A stretch of 64,000 bases of DNA from Heteronotia binoei (lineage: Eukaryota): positions 190,774,001 through 190,838,000 of the forward strand of contig NC_083224.1 in assembly GCF_032191835.1 (NCBI RefSeq), written 5' to 3'. The notes under the pieces are model-generated. The model made no database searches, was not told the DNA's origin, and saw only the letters and a list, made by a program, of their open reading frames with translations. Of the stretch, positions 40,152 to 52,000 are shown one piece after another; the stretch's first letter is position 1, and every line of letters starts with the position of its first letter. The position numbers were made by a program, and so were the translations under genes.

Positions 40152-41731
40152 GTGTATTGAGGAATACTCAGCATTGGTTCTGTAAGGGAAGATCTTGCCT
40201 CACTAACCTGTTACAGTTCTTTAAGGGGGTGAACAAACATGTGGACAAAGGGGACCCAATAGATGTTGTTTACCTTGACTTCCAGAAAGCTTTTGATAAA
40301 GTTCCTCATCAAAGGCTCCTTAGTAAGCTCGAGAGTCATGGGGTGAAATGACAAGTCCTCTTGTGAATCAAAAACTGGCTAATTAACAGGAAACAGAGTG
40401 AGTATAAATGGGCAGTTTTCAAAGTGGGAGATGGTAAGCAGTGGGGTACAGCAGGGCTTAGTATTGGGTTCATTGCTTTTTAACTTCATTAATGATTTGG
40501 AGTTGGGAGTAAGCAGTGAAGTGTCTTAAGTTTGCAGATGACACTAAATATTTAAGGGTGGTGAGAACCAGAGAAGATTGTGAGGCACTGCAAGGGGATC
40601 TGTTGAGGCTGGGTGAGTGGGCGCCAATGTGGCAAATGAGGTTCAAGGTGGCCAAGTGCAAAGTAATGCACACTGGGGCCAAAAATCCTAATTATAAATA
40701 CATGTTGATGGGGTCCGAACTGTCAGAGACTGACCAAGAGAGAGATCTTGGAGTTGTAGATAACTCACTGAAAATGTTGAAACAGTGTGCGACTGCAATA
40801 AAAAAGGCCAGCGATATGCTGGGGATTATTAGAAAAGGAACTGAAAACAAATCACCCAGTATCATAATGCCCCTGTATAAATCGATGGTGCGGCCTCATT
40901 TGGAATACTGTGTACAATTCTGGTCACTGCACCTCAAAAAGGATATTCGAACTTTGGAAAAAGTGCAGAAAAGGGCAACTAGAATGATTCAAGGGCTTGG
41001 AACACTTTCCCTATGAAGAAAGGCTAAAACGCTTGGGGCTCTTTAGTTTGGAGAAACATTGTGGGGTGACATGATTAGAGGTTTACGAGATTATTCATGG
41101 GACAGAGAAAGCAGAGAAATAAATACTTTTCTCCCTTTCTCATATTACGAGAACTCATGGACATTCGATGAAATTGCTGAGCAGTTGGGCTAGAACAGAT
41201 AAAAGGAAGTACTTCTTCACCCAAAGGGTGATTAACACATGGAATTCCCTGCCACAGGAGGTAGTGGCAGCTACAAGCATAGATGGCTTCAAGAGGGGGT
41301 TGGATCAACATATGGAGCAAAGGTCCATCAGTGGCTATTAGCCGCAACGTATTGTTGGCACTCTGTCTGGGGCAGTGATGCTCTGTAGTCTTGGTGCTTG
41401 GGGGGCATCAGTGGGAGGACTTCTAGTGTCCTGGCCACACTGGTGGACCTCTTGATGGCACCTGGGGTTTTTGGCCACTGTGTGACACAGAGTGTTGGAC
41501 TGGATAGACCATTGGCCTGATTCAACATGGCTTCTCTTATGTTCTTCTGTTGGGGCAGTGATGCTCTGTAGTCTTGGTGCTTGGGGGGCACCAGTGGGAG
41601 GACTTCTAGTGTCCTGGCCCCACTGATGGACCTCCTGTTGGCACCTGGGTTTTTTGGACCCTGTGTGACACAGAGTGTTGGACTGGGTGGCCACTGGCCT
41701 GATTCAACATGGCTTCTCTTCTGTTCTTATG
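40152..41731 (+). mobile_element. CR1 LINE fragment with a frameshifted RT and a tandemly duplicated 3' UTR
   Basis: GRSCLTNLL...[14 protein letters not shown] and KFADDTK. 183-bp duplication at 41369 and 41552. Confidence 0.92.
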
Positions 41732-41914
41732 TGTAAGGCTTGCTGTCCTCAGAGATCTGAACTAATGTTACTGTTTTAACAACATAAAATGCATCATTTA
41801 TAGTAGATAAAATCTGCAATATTTGAAATATTTATGGAATTGAAGCTATTAGTGCCTTAGTTTTTCTTCAAGCAAAGTTGTAAGTACACCCAGTACTTAA
41901 GAAGAATTAATGGA

Positions 41915-42110
41915 CTGGATTTATACACCGCCCTTCACTAGAGTCTCAGAGTGGTTTACAGCCTCCTTTCCCTTCCCCTCTGTGAGGCAGGTGAGGCTGA
42001 GAGCTCTGACAAACTGCTCTTGAGAGGAACAACTCCTGACTGACCCAAGCTCCTGCCAGCAGGTGCAGGTGGATGAGTGGGCAGTCACACCCGGTTCTCC
42101 AGATTAGGGG
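41915..42110 (-). mobile_element. Older Squam3-like SINE
   Basis: ggatttatacaccgcccttcactagagtctcagag... diverged copy. Confidence 0.6.
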
Positions 42111-42299
42111 AAAACCCAAGCTGGGGCACCCTGTGCTGCCTTAGCCCATACACTTTTATCTTTTGCTGTCTGAAAAGCAGAAACAAACCAACGCAGGCTT
42201 TGTGCTGACACAGACATAAAAAAATGCTGCTTGGTCAGAAACAAGGGCCACGCAAAGGGTTAATCAGCATCCAGATGTGGTTCCAGCCAGATGCGGCCT

Positions 42300-43000
42300 C
42301 CTGCCGCTGCTGGGTAGAGAAGGACGCTTTGCAAAGTCCTCCGAGGCCTTGGCGCAGCCGCAGTAAGGCGGGGCAAGCAGCTCCCGCAGGGTTGGCCGTG
42401 CAGGAAGCAGCGGAAGACGTGGTTCTGGAGAGCTCCGCCCACTCCGGTAGCCCCTGCCCGGAAGTGGGCTGTTTGCTCCGCAAAGGCCCCAGGGGAGGCC
42501 CGGGAACCACGTGGCTCCTCCACACCAATGGCGCCGCCCTCGAAGGCGAGGGGGCGGGGCCTGCCGTGCCAGCCCATCCGGGGTCTTCCTGCAGGCCCCT
42601 CCCCCGCGGGGACAGTTACGCATGCGCGCGACGTGCCTCAGCCTGTGGGCGGGAGAAGGGCTGGCCCCGCCCCGGCCGTAAAGCCCCTGTCGTGCGTGCC
42701 GCTGTGCTTTACGGCTGGCGAGGGAGGCCTGGCCCGGCGCGCCCCAGAGCGGATCCCGCGCGCCCATCGCCATGGAGATGCCGCCGCCCCCCCCGCTGCC
42801 GCCGCCGCCCGAGGGTGAGCCCGGGGGGGGGGAGAGGAAGGGAGGGGGCCCGGTGACTTCATCTCCCCCCCTCGGGGGTCCCGGCCCTTCCGGGGGGGGA
42901 ATGGGGGTCGCCCCTTTGGTTGCAGCAGAAGAAGAGGCGGGTCCCAGTCGTGGAGCCCCTCGGAGGCCTCCCCCCCCCCAAAGCAGCTCTTAAAGCCCCT
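42300..43000 (+). promoter_or_regulatory. CHERP CpG-island promoter
   Basis: CCGGAAGTG at 42458-42466, NRF1-like ACGCATGCGC at 42618-42627, CCAAT near 42525. Confidence 0.75.
42772..42814 (+). CDS. CHERP: CHERP exon 1
   Basis: [14 protein letters not shown], Kozak gccATGG, donor GTGAGC. Confidence 0.92.
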
Positions 43001-46000
43001 CCCGTGGCGGGAGCAGCTTTTAACAGGCGTTGCAGCAGAGGAGGCAGCGACAGAGATGCTCAAGGGGATTGGCCGGCTGCATTTCAGGAAACAGGAGCTG
43101 CTGCTGCTGCTGCTGCACAGAGGGGGGTGGTGGCAAGCCCAGGGTGGACCAAGGGCCCTCGGGCCACAAAAGGGAGGGAGTGGCGAGCCAAAACTTCCCC
43201 AGCGCACTCCCAACCACCCACTGAACCTCCCCTCTTCCAGGCTCTCTGTTCTGGGAGGTAGGTCAGGTTCAGCGCTCAGTGCTTTGTGAAAGGCTTCCTC
43301 CCTAGTGAGGTTTGAAGGGAGGGGCAGGCAGGGGAACTTTACTATCGCAGAACTGGAGCTGCAGTCCTCTGCATGCATGCATCCCCAGGGAGAAGTCCAG
43401 CTGGACCAGGGAAGCTTACATCCCAGTGAGCAAGCCGTAGCCTCTTAGAGGCTCACACAACAGTGTCACTGGCATGGTTGTAATAACTCCTTGGAGACTA
43501 TGCTGCTGCTACTCCAAGCCGGACAGCATATAGAGTTGTGTGTTGTTTGCTGTGATATGATGTGTCTCTCTCTATCTCTCCAGACCAAGAGCTGCGCAAT
43601 GTCATTGACAAGCTAGCTCAGTTTGTGGCACGCAACGGCCCTGAGTTTGAGAAGATGACGATGGAGAAGCAGAAGGAGAACCCCAAGTTTTCGTTCCTCT
43701 TTGGGGGTGACTTCTATGGCTATTACAAATACAAACTGGCCCTGGAGCAGCAGCAGTGTGAGTTGGGGCGGGGAGGCGTGCAGGGGACTTTGGTGATGCC
43801 AATTAAATACTGTTGTAGAGTGTTCCCACATCTGCTTTCCATCGCTCTCCCCACCCCACCCATGTTCCTTGGTTGTTCCAGGTTTGGCTGTTCTAAAGGG
43901 TTGAGCATCATGAACAGGGCCCAGCCTCGTAGTCCTCTTAGCTAGCTAGATGTCGTGGCAGCCTGGGAGGCCGCAGGGGAATCCAGAGGCAAACTAGGGC
44001 AAGCGTTCCAACTCCCTGGTCATCCTGGTTGTCTTCTTTCATACTTTTTCCAGCTCTGCAGTGTCTTTTTAGAGATACGGTGACCAGAATGGCACACAGT
44101 ATTCCTAATGAGGCTGCACAGTAGATCTATTTGTTTGTTTATCCGGCTTATATCCCGCCCTCCCAGCCGAAGCAGGCCCTATGCAGATCTTTATTGGATC
44201 TGTGCAGATATGCATAGAAAATGGTGGTTGTTTTATTTTCAGCTCTTTTTATCGCAGCCCACAACATAGAGTTTCACTGCTGCAGCACATTAGGTTGTCA
44301 CTTCCATTGTGCTGTCTACTAAGACCTCAAGAGCTTTCCCCCTCTCCATCTCAGCAAGCAAAGACCCCGTTAGCCTCTACTTGAAGCTGGGAATTTTTTG
44401 TTCCAATGTGGATCACCTGACACTTAGCAGCATTGAACTTCATTTGTCACATTGTCACCCACTTGCACAGTTCACAGTCGACCTTGGTTTTCATCATCTT
44501 GAATAATTTTTTGTCATCTGCAAATCTGGGCACTGCACTACTCACCCCAAGTTCCAGATCATTTATGAACAAATTAAATAGCAACAGCCCCAATACTGAT
44601 TCTTGTGGAACCCACCTGTTCACTTTCAAGTTCATTGAAACTTGAGGAGTTCATTGTGAGAACTATTTAGAATCATAGAATTGGAAGGGGTCATACAGGT
44701 CATCTAGTCCAACCCCCTGCTCAGTGCAGGATCAGCCTAGAGCATCCCTGACAACGGTTTGTCCAGCTGCTAGTTAAAGACTGTCAGTGAGGGGGAGCTC
44801 ACCTCCTCCCTTGGTAGCTGATTCCACTGCTGAACAACTCTTACTGTAAAAATGGTTTCCCTAATATCCAGCTGGCACCTTCCCACTCTGAATTTAGGCC
44901 CATTATTGCAAGTCCTCTCCTCTGCTGTCAACAGGAACAGCTCCCTGCTCTCCTCTAAGCGATAGCCCTTCAGCTACTTCAAGATAGCAATCATGCCCCC
45001 TCTCGATCTCCTCTTCTCCAGACTGAACCTTCCCAAGTCCCTCAGCCTCTCCTCCTGGGGCTTCTTGGTCTCCAGGCCCCTGATCCTCCTCCTCGCTCTC
45101 CTTTGCACCCGCTCCATTCTGTCCACATCCTTCTTGAAGTGAAGCCTCCAGAACTGCACATAAAGACTCCAGGTGCAGCCTAAGCAATGCAGTGTATAGC
45201 GGGACTATGGCATCATGTGATTTGGATGTTATGCTTCTGCTGATTCACCCCGAGATTGTGTTAGTGCTTTTTGTTGCTGCATCGCCCTGACTCGCTCATA
45301 TTTAGCTTACACTTCACCCATACTCTACGATGTTGATCACCCGCATTGCTGTCCAGAATTCATGCTGCTTCTTTGTTATCCAGCTGTAGGACTCCGCTGT
45401 TATCCTTTGTTGAATTGTATCTTGTTCACATCCGCCCGCTCTTCCAGCATGTTCAGATCTTGCTGAATTCTACCTCTGTCTTTTGACATGTTTCTACTCC
45501 TCCCTCCCAATTTGGTGTCATCGGCAGATTTCATTCGTCCCCCATCCCCTCATCCAGCTCATTTATAGAAATATTGGAAAGTCCTGGGTCCAAAACCGAG
45601 CCCTCCTGTGGCACCCCACTGGATACCTCCCTCCAGTCAGAGGAAATGCCACTGACAACTCCCCTTTGGGTGCCGTCCTCCAACCCGTTCCCCATCCACT
45701 GAACTATCTTAGAGTCCAGTCTGCAGTCCTGCAGCTTCCCTGTCAAATCATCATGGGGGAACCATATCCACAGCCTTACTGAAATCTGGGTAAATAACTT
45801 TGATGGCGTTCCCTCCCCTCCCCCATCCAATATGCTCGTCAGTCAAAGAAGGGAATGAGGCTGGTCTGGTGGGGACAGATTCCCTGCTGACTTCCCTGGA
45901 TCTCACCGAGCTGCCCTTCAGAGGCTTGCAGAATGACCCCTTTAAAATCTGATGCACCCGACACTCAACAGCATTGAACTTCATTTGCCACGTTGTCACC

Positions 46001-49000
46001 CACTCGCACAGTTCACAGTCGACCTCACTGGTCTGATCTCTTCCCAGGGATGGAGATCAGACTGACTGGCCTGTAGTTTTCTGGGTCATCCTTCCTCTCT
46101 TTTTAATCCATAAAAGAACCTGTCCTCCTTTACTCAAGAATCTTTGGTGAGGTACCTTGTCAAAAGCCTTTTGAAGGGCCCAGACCTTAATGCCTGCCCA
46201 CTCACCACTGTCTGTAGGCTGGTTCATTTTCTCAGAGAACCCCAGAAGACTGGTCAGGCTGGACTTCCTTTGCAGAAGCCAGGCTGTTTTCCGTGTGCGG
46301 GGTTTGTTCCTCCTCTGTGCGCTGTGCCATTCTTTTCAGAGAGGGAGCCTGAAGAACTGAGTCGGAGGTGACCAGAGATGAAGTTCTAGACCTCCAGGGG
46401 AAATTAAAAACCAGGACATCTCCAGGTCCTGATAGGTGTTCACATGAGAGTTCTTAGAAAATTCATATGTGAGCTTGTTGCTCTTTAAACCATAGATCTG
46501 TAACTTGTCAATAAACGTAGCTGCTGAGCCAGAAGACTGGAGAGTAGCAAAGGTTTCACTGGTTTCTAAAAAGGGGTCCCGAGAGGAACCCAGAAATTGC
46601 AGGCCTCTTCTCCTTTCCCATTATCCTGCCACGTAGCCTCCAAGAGAATGCCTAGTGAGAGCAGCAATTGTCTCTTCTCACAACAGGCCCTTCTCAGGAG
46701 TTGGACTAGGATACAGCCCTGTCCTTGTGGTGAACGGGTGCAGTTAGTCTGGAAGCAGTCCTGTGGAGGAGAGGGCCCACCAGCGGCTACTAGTCATGGT
46801 GACTAAAAGGAACCGCATTCAATCAATCTCTGAATAGCTGCTAGGTGGCAGCATTGGGGGAAGGCCTCTGCTCTGTTATTGGCCCTCCAGAGACACTGGT
46901 TGGCCACTGTGTGAGACAGGAGGCTGGACTAGGTGGACCCTCACTGGTCTGATCCAGCAGAGCTCTCCTGATGTTCTTCTCAGGGGAAGGCCTCAGCCTC
47001 TCTGTCCTGTTGTTGGCCCTCCAGAGGAACTGGTTGGTCACTGTGTGGGACAGGAGGCTGGACTAGATGGACCCTCCCTGGTCTGATCCAGAAGGGCTCT
47101 TCTGCGGTTCTTCTCAGGGGAAGGCGTCGTCCTCTCTGCCCTGTTGTTGGCCCTCCAGAGGAACTGGTTGGCCACTATGTGGGACAGGAGGCTGGACTAG
47201 ATGGACCCTCACTGGTCTGATCCAGCAGAGCTCTCCTGATGTTCTTCTCAGGGGAAGGCCTCAGCCTCTCTGTCCTGTTGTTGGCCCTCCAGAGGAACTG
47301 GTTGGCCACTATGTGGGACAGGCGGCTGGACTAGATGGACCCTCACTGGTCTAATCCAGCAAGGCTCTTCTGATGTTCTTCTCAGGGGAAGGCCTCAGCT
47401 TCTCTGCCCTGTTGTTGGCCTTCTAGAGGAATTAGGTGGCCACTGTGTGAGACAGGAGGCTGGACTAGATGGACCCTCACTGTTCTGATCCAGCAGGACT
47501 CTTCTCATGTTCTTCTCCAGGGAAGGCCTCGGCCTCTCTGCCCTGTGGTTGGCCCTCCAGAGGAACTGGTTGGTCACTGTGTGGGACAGGAGGCTGGACT
47601 AGATGGACCCTCCCTGGTCTGATCCAGAAGGGCTCTTCTGCGGTTCTTCTCAGGGGAAGGCGTCGTCCTCTCTGCCCTGTTGTTGGCCCTCCAGAGGAAC
47701 TGGTTGGCCACTATGTGGGACAGGAGGCTGGACTAGATGGACCCTCACTGGTCTGATCCAGCAGAGCTCTCCTGATGTTCTTCTCAGGGGAAGGCCTCAG
47801 CCTCTCTGTCCTGTTGTTGGCCCTCCAGAGGAACTGGTTGGCCACTATGTGGGACAGGCGGCTGGACTAGATGGACCCTCACTGGTCTAATCCAGCAAGG
47901 CTCTTCTGATGTTCTTCTCAGGGGAAGGCCTCAGCTTCTCTGCCCTGTTGTTGGCCTTCTAGAGGAATTAGTTGGCCACTGTGTGAGACAGGAGGCTGGA
48001 CTAGATGGACCCTCACTGTTCTGATCCAGCAGGACTCTTCTCATGTTCTTCTCCAGGGAAGGCCTCGGCCTCTCTGCCCTGTGGTTGGCCCTCCAGAGGA
48101 ACTGGTTGGTCACTGTGTGGGACAGGAGGCTGGACTAGATGGACCCTCCCTGGTCTGATCCAGAAGGGCTCTTCTGCGGTTCTTCTCAGGGGAAGGCGTC
48201 GTCCTCTCTGCCCTGTTGTTGGCCCTCCAGAGTTGCTGGTTGGCCCCTGTGTGAGACAGGAGGCTGGACTAGATGGACCCTCCCTGGTCTGACCCAGCAG
48301 GGTTCTGATGCTCTTCTCAGGGGAAGGCCTCGGCCTCTCTGTCCTGTTGTTGGCCCTCCAGAGGAACTGGTTGGCCCCTGTGTGAGACAGGAGGCTGGAC
48401 TAGATGGACCCTTCCTGGTCTGACCCAGCAGGGCTCTTCTGATGTTCTTATGAAGGCCTCAGCCTCTCTGCCCTTTTGTTGGCCCTCCAGAGGAACTGGC
48501 TGGCCCCTGTGTGAGACACGAGGCTGGACTGGATGGACCCTCCCTGGTTTGATCTCTTCCAGAGTAGCTGGGCATGCGAACCATTGGGCGCCCATGGGGC
48601 TGAACCTTGTGTGTGTCTCCCCTTCCCCGCAGTGCTGTGCAAGCAGAGCCAGGAGATGGAGGCTGCCCCGCCGATCCAGCCGCTGGCCCAGCCGTCCGTG
48701 GCCCCTGTGGCAGCCTCCCTCCCTGCCTCGCAAGGGACCCCCTCTATGGAGGAGCTCATCCAGCAGAGCCAGTGGAACCTGCAGCAGCAGGAGCAGCACC
48801 TTCTGGCTGTGAGACAGGTGAGCGGGCAGGTGCCCTGGGCCGCCTCGGGGCAGCTGGTGGGAAGGAGGAGCCCCACTTTGGTGCGAAGTGGATCGTGGGG
48901 AGGGAACGTGGTTCTCTCTGGAGATTTGCTGGGTTCGTCAACGCAGGTTGCTTCCCAGAGCCTTGGAGGAAGAAGGGGCCACCGCTCACCTCCCCCCGTG

Positions 49001-52000
49001 GGCCTCTTGTGGGCACTGCGGACCTTCCTGGAAAGTGGGGCTGGGAACGGAGGCTGTATTGCCACCTTGTCGTGCAGCTGTCTGTGGGCCCAGTGGCTGG
49101 TGGTGGAGACCACAGCCCTCGGTTGCTTGAGGTGTGGCCGCCCGCATCGCTCTGAAGGGAACGGCCCACGTCATCTGGGGCTTTGGCTGAGCAGGACGTC
49201 GCCTGGAGGAGCACGCAAAGGGGTGGGAGTGCAGCTTGGCTTCTGGAAGGGGCCACTTGGCTCACGGTCTTCTCCTGCTCCGTCCCCTCAGGAGCAAATC
49301 ACCTCTGCCATCGCTCTGGCTCTCGAGCAGCAGATGCAGAAAGTCTTGGAGGAGACCCAGCTGGACATGAATGAATTCGACAACCTCCTGCAGCCGATTA
49401 TCGACACGTGCACAAAAGATGCCATCTCGGTAAGCATCGCCAAAACGGCTGGGGCAGCAGGAGTCCCACGGCCACCGTGCCTGGAAGAAGCCAGCCGGGA
49501 CAGAGGAGTGTCTGTGTGAAAGGGGCGGGGCAAATGGGGCAGCGCAGGAGGAATGCAGGGGAGGGTGGTCAGCGCTTGGCTGCTCTGAGCCGCCACCTCT
49601 GTCCGAGGCTTTCCTGCGAGTGGGAGCAGAGAGCAGGGGCAGAGCTTGGTGCAGAGAGTAGCGGTGGGGCCCAGAGCTCTTGGACGCTGCGGCCTGCTTG
49701 GCTTGGGGGGGGGGTGCCTGCCTGCCTCCCCCCAGGCCAGGGTCTAACCACCTGGAAGGTTTGTGTCCCAAGGCTGGCAAGAACTGGATGTTCAGCAACG
49801 CCAAGTCTCCCCAGCACTGCGAGCTGATGGCAGGGCATCTGCGCAACCGCATCACCGCCGACGGGGCGCATTTTGAGCTGCGGCTGCACTTGATCTACCT
49901 GATCAACGATGTGCTGCATCACTGGTGAGGTCCGCTCTGTGCGCAAGGAGGGGCCAGAAGCCTCAGGAGGGCTGGGGGGAGCCACCTCTGGCACGGCACA
50001 GGGTTCAGTGTGTCCCCCCCCCCAGCTGCTGAGCTGAGTTGGGACCCTTCACCTCTCCCTCCCTCCTCCTCTCAGCCAGCGGAAGCAGCAGCGGGACCTG
50101 CTGGCGGCTCTGCAGAAGGTGGTGGTGCCCATTTACTGCACCAGTTTCCTGGCTGTGGAGGAAGACAAGCAGCAGAAGATTGCCCGGGTGAGCCTCCAGC
50201 CTCGGCCTCCCCCCCCCCCCCACCACCACCACAGGCCCTGGGCTGGCTGCCGAGACGGGGCCCCACCCAGTAACACCCCCCCTCCTCTTCCGTAGCTCCT
50301 TCAGCTCTGGGAGAAGAACGGCTATTTTGATGAATCCATCATCCAGCAGCTGCAAAGCCCCGCACTGGGACTGGGCCAGTACCAGGTGAGCACCGAGAAT
50401 GGCTCATTCTTGCAGCCAAAGAGCGGGGGGGTGGGGAGCTGGGCTCAAAGGGCTGCAGCCTGTCCTGATTGCTCTCTCTCCCCCCGGGTTTGATCCAGGG
50501 CTTGCTAGGAGAACTAGCTTAGGATAGAGAGCCAGTTTGGGGTAGTGGTGAAGTGCGCAGACTCTTATCTGGGAGAACCGGGTTTGATTCCCCACTCCTC
50601 CACCTGCACCTGCTGGAATGACCTTCTCGCAGGAGTTGTCCTTGAAAGGGCAGCTTATGGGAGAGCTCTCTCAGCCCCACCCACCTCACCGGGTGTCTGT
50701 TGTGGGGGAGGAATGGAAAGTAGATTGTAGGCCGCTCTGAGACTCTGAGATGTGGCGTGCAGGGCGGGATATAAATCCACTATCATCACCATCTTCTCCA
50801 CTGTTTGGCTGGAAGGTTGTCCTGCAGGAGTGGAGGGTGACGGGTGGTCATCCTTCTTTGTGGCAAAGCCACCTCCTGAGAAGAGTGCGAAAAGGGTATG
50901 AAGTGGCTTTGTGTGGAGAGCCCCGTCCCAGGGGGCTCACTTGTGGGATTGGCAGGGCCCCTCCCGTGCAGCTGAAGCGCCAGTCGTCTTCTCGGGGGAG
51001 ATGAAGAGGGGGTCGCTTCCCAGCCCTGAGGACGTCCCTGGCAGGACTTCTTCTCCCTCACATAGGGGGGAGTCTGAATTGGAATCGGGAGTCCTCTTGC
51101 GCCCTGACCAATGAGAGGAAGAAAGGGGGGGGCGGGATTGCGGGGCCTCCATGGCTCTGCTCCTGCCCCACCAGCCAGGGCCCCCTCCTCCTTTCTGCAG
51201 CCGGAGCACCCCAGGGCTGCCTCTGCTTTGTTTCTGGGGGCTTCCTCTGGCTCTCTTCCCCCTGAAGGCCTCGGGGGTGACCAGAGCCGCAGCTCTTTTT
51301 CCTGGGCGAGTGGAGCGTTGCTTGCCAGAGCATAACCCGCAGAGATCCTCTTTCTGCTCTGTCCCCGTAGGCCACTCTCATCACAGAGTACACCAGCGTG
51401 GTGCAGCCCGTCCAGATGGCCTTCCAGCAGCAGATTCAGAACCTGAAGACCCAGCATGAGGAGTTCGTCAGCAGCCTGGCCCAGCAGCAGCAGCAGCCGC
51501 CTCCACCACCCCTGCAGATCCCCCCTCTGGAGAGTGAGGGGAAAACGGTCCCTGCGGTCCCAGCTGCAGCTCCAGCCCCTGCTGCCGCCGCCGCCCCCCC
51601 TCCCCCTCCGCCGCCGCCTCCTCCTTCGGCAGCTGCCATCGCCCAAGCAGGTGGGGCTTCTGGGCCTGGGGGTGTCCTTTCCTCTTCCGGTGGAGGCCCC
51701 AGGAAGCCAGGCTGGCCTCCTGCTAGGGGACTCCCTCCTTTGCCAGGCTTTGAATCAGCCGCCGCTCTTCCTTCCTTCCTTCCAGAGGAGGGGAAGGCTC
51801 CGCTTCCGCTTGCAGGCTCCGCCGACTACGAAGCAGCAGGGGCTGGGGGCCCCGATCCTGCTGCCGCTCCTGGGCCTCGTGGGCCTGGTGGACCCCATGA
51901 GCACATCCCCCCCAACAAGCCGCCCTGGTTTGAGCAGCCCCACCCCGTGGCCCCTTGGGGGCAACAGCAGGTACTGGGCGTTTCTGGGCCCTTTGCAGAG

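Noticed and set aside
46857-48560. CRISPR-like regular array
   Set aside because: Contiguous monomers with no unique spacers, no cas genes, vertebrate context and a CR1-derived unit.
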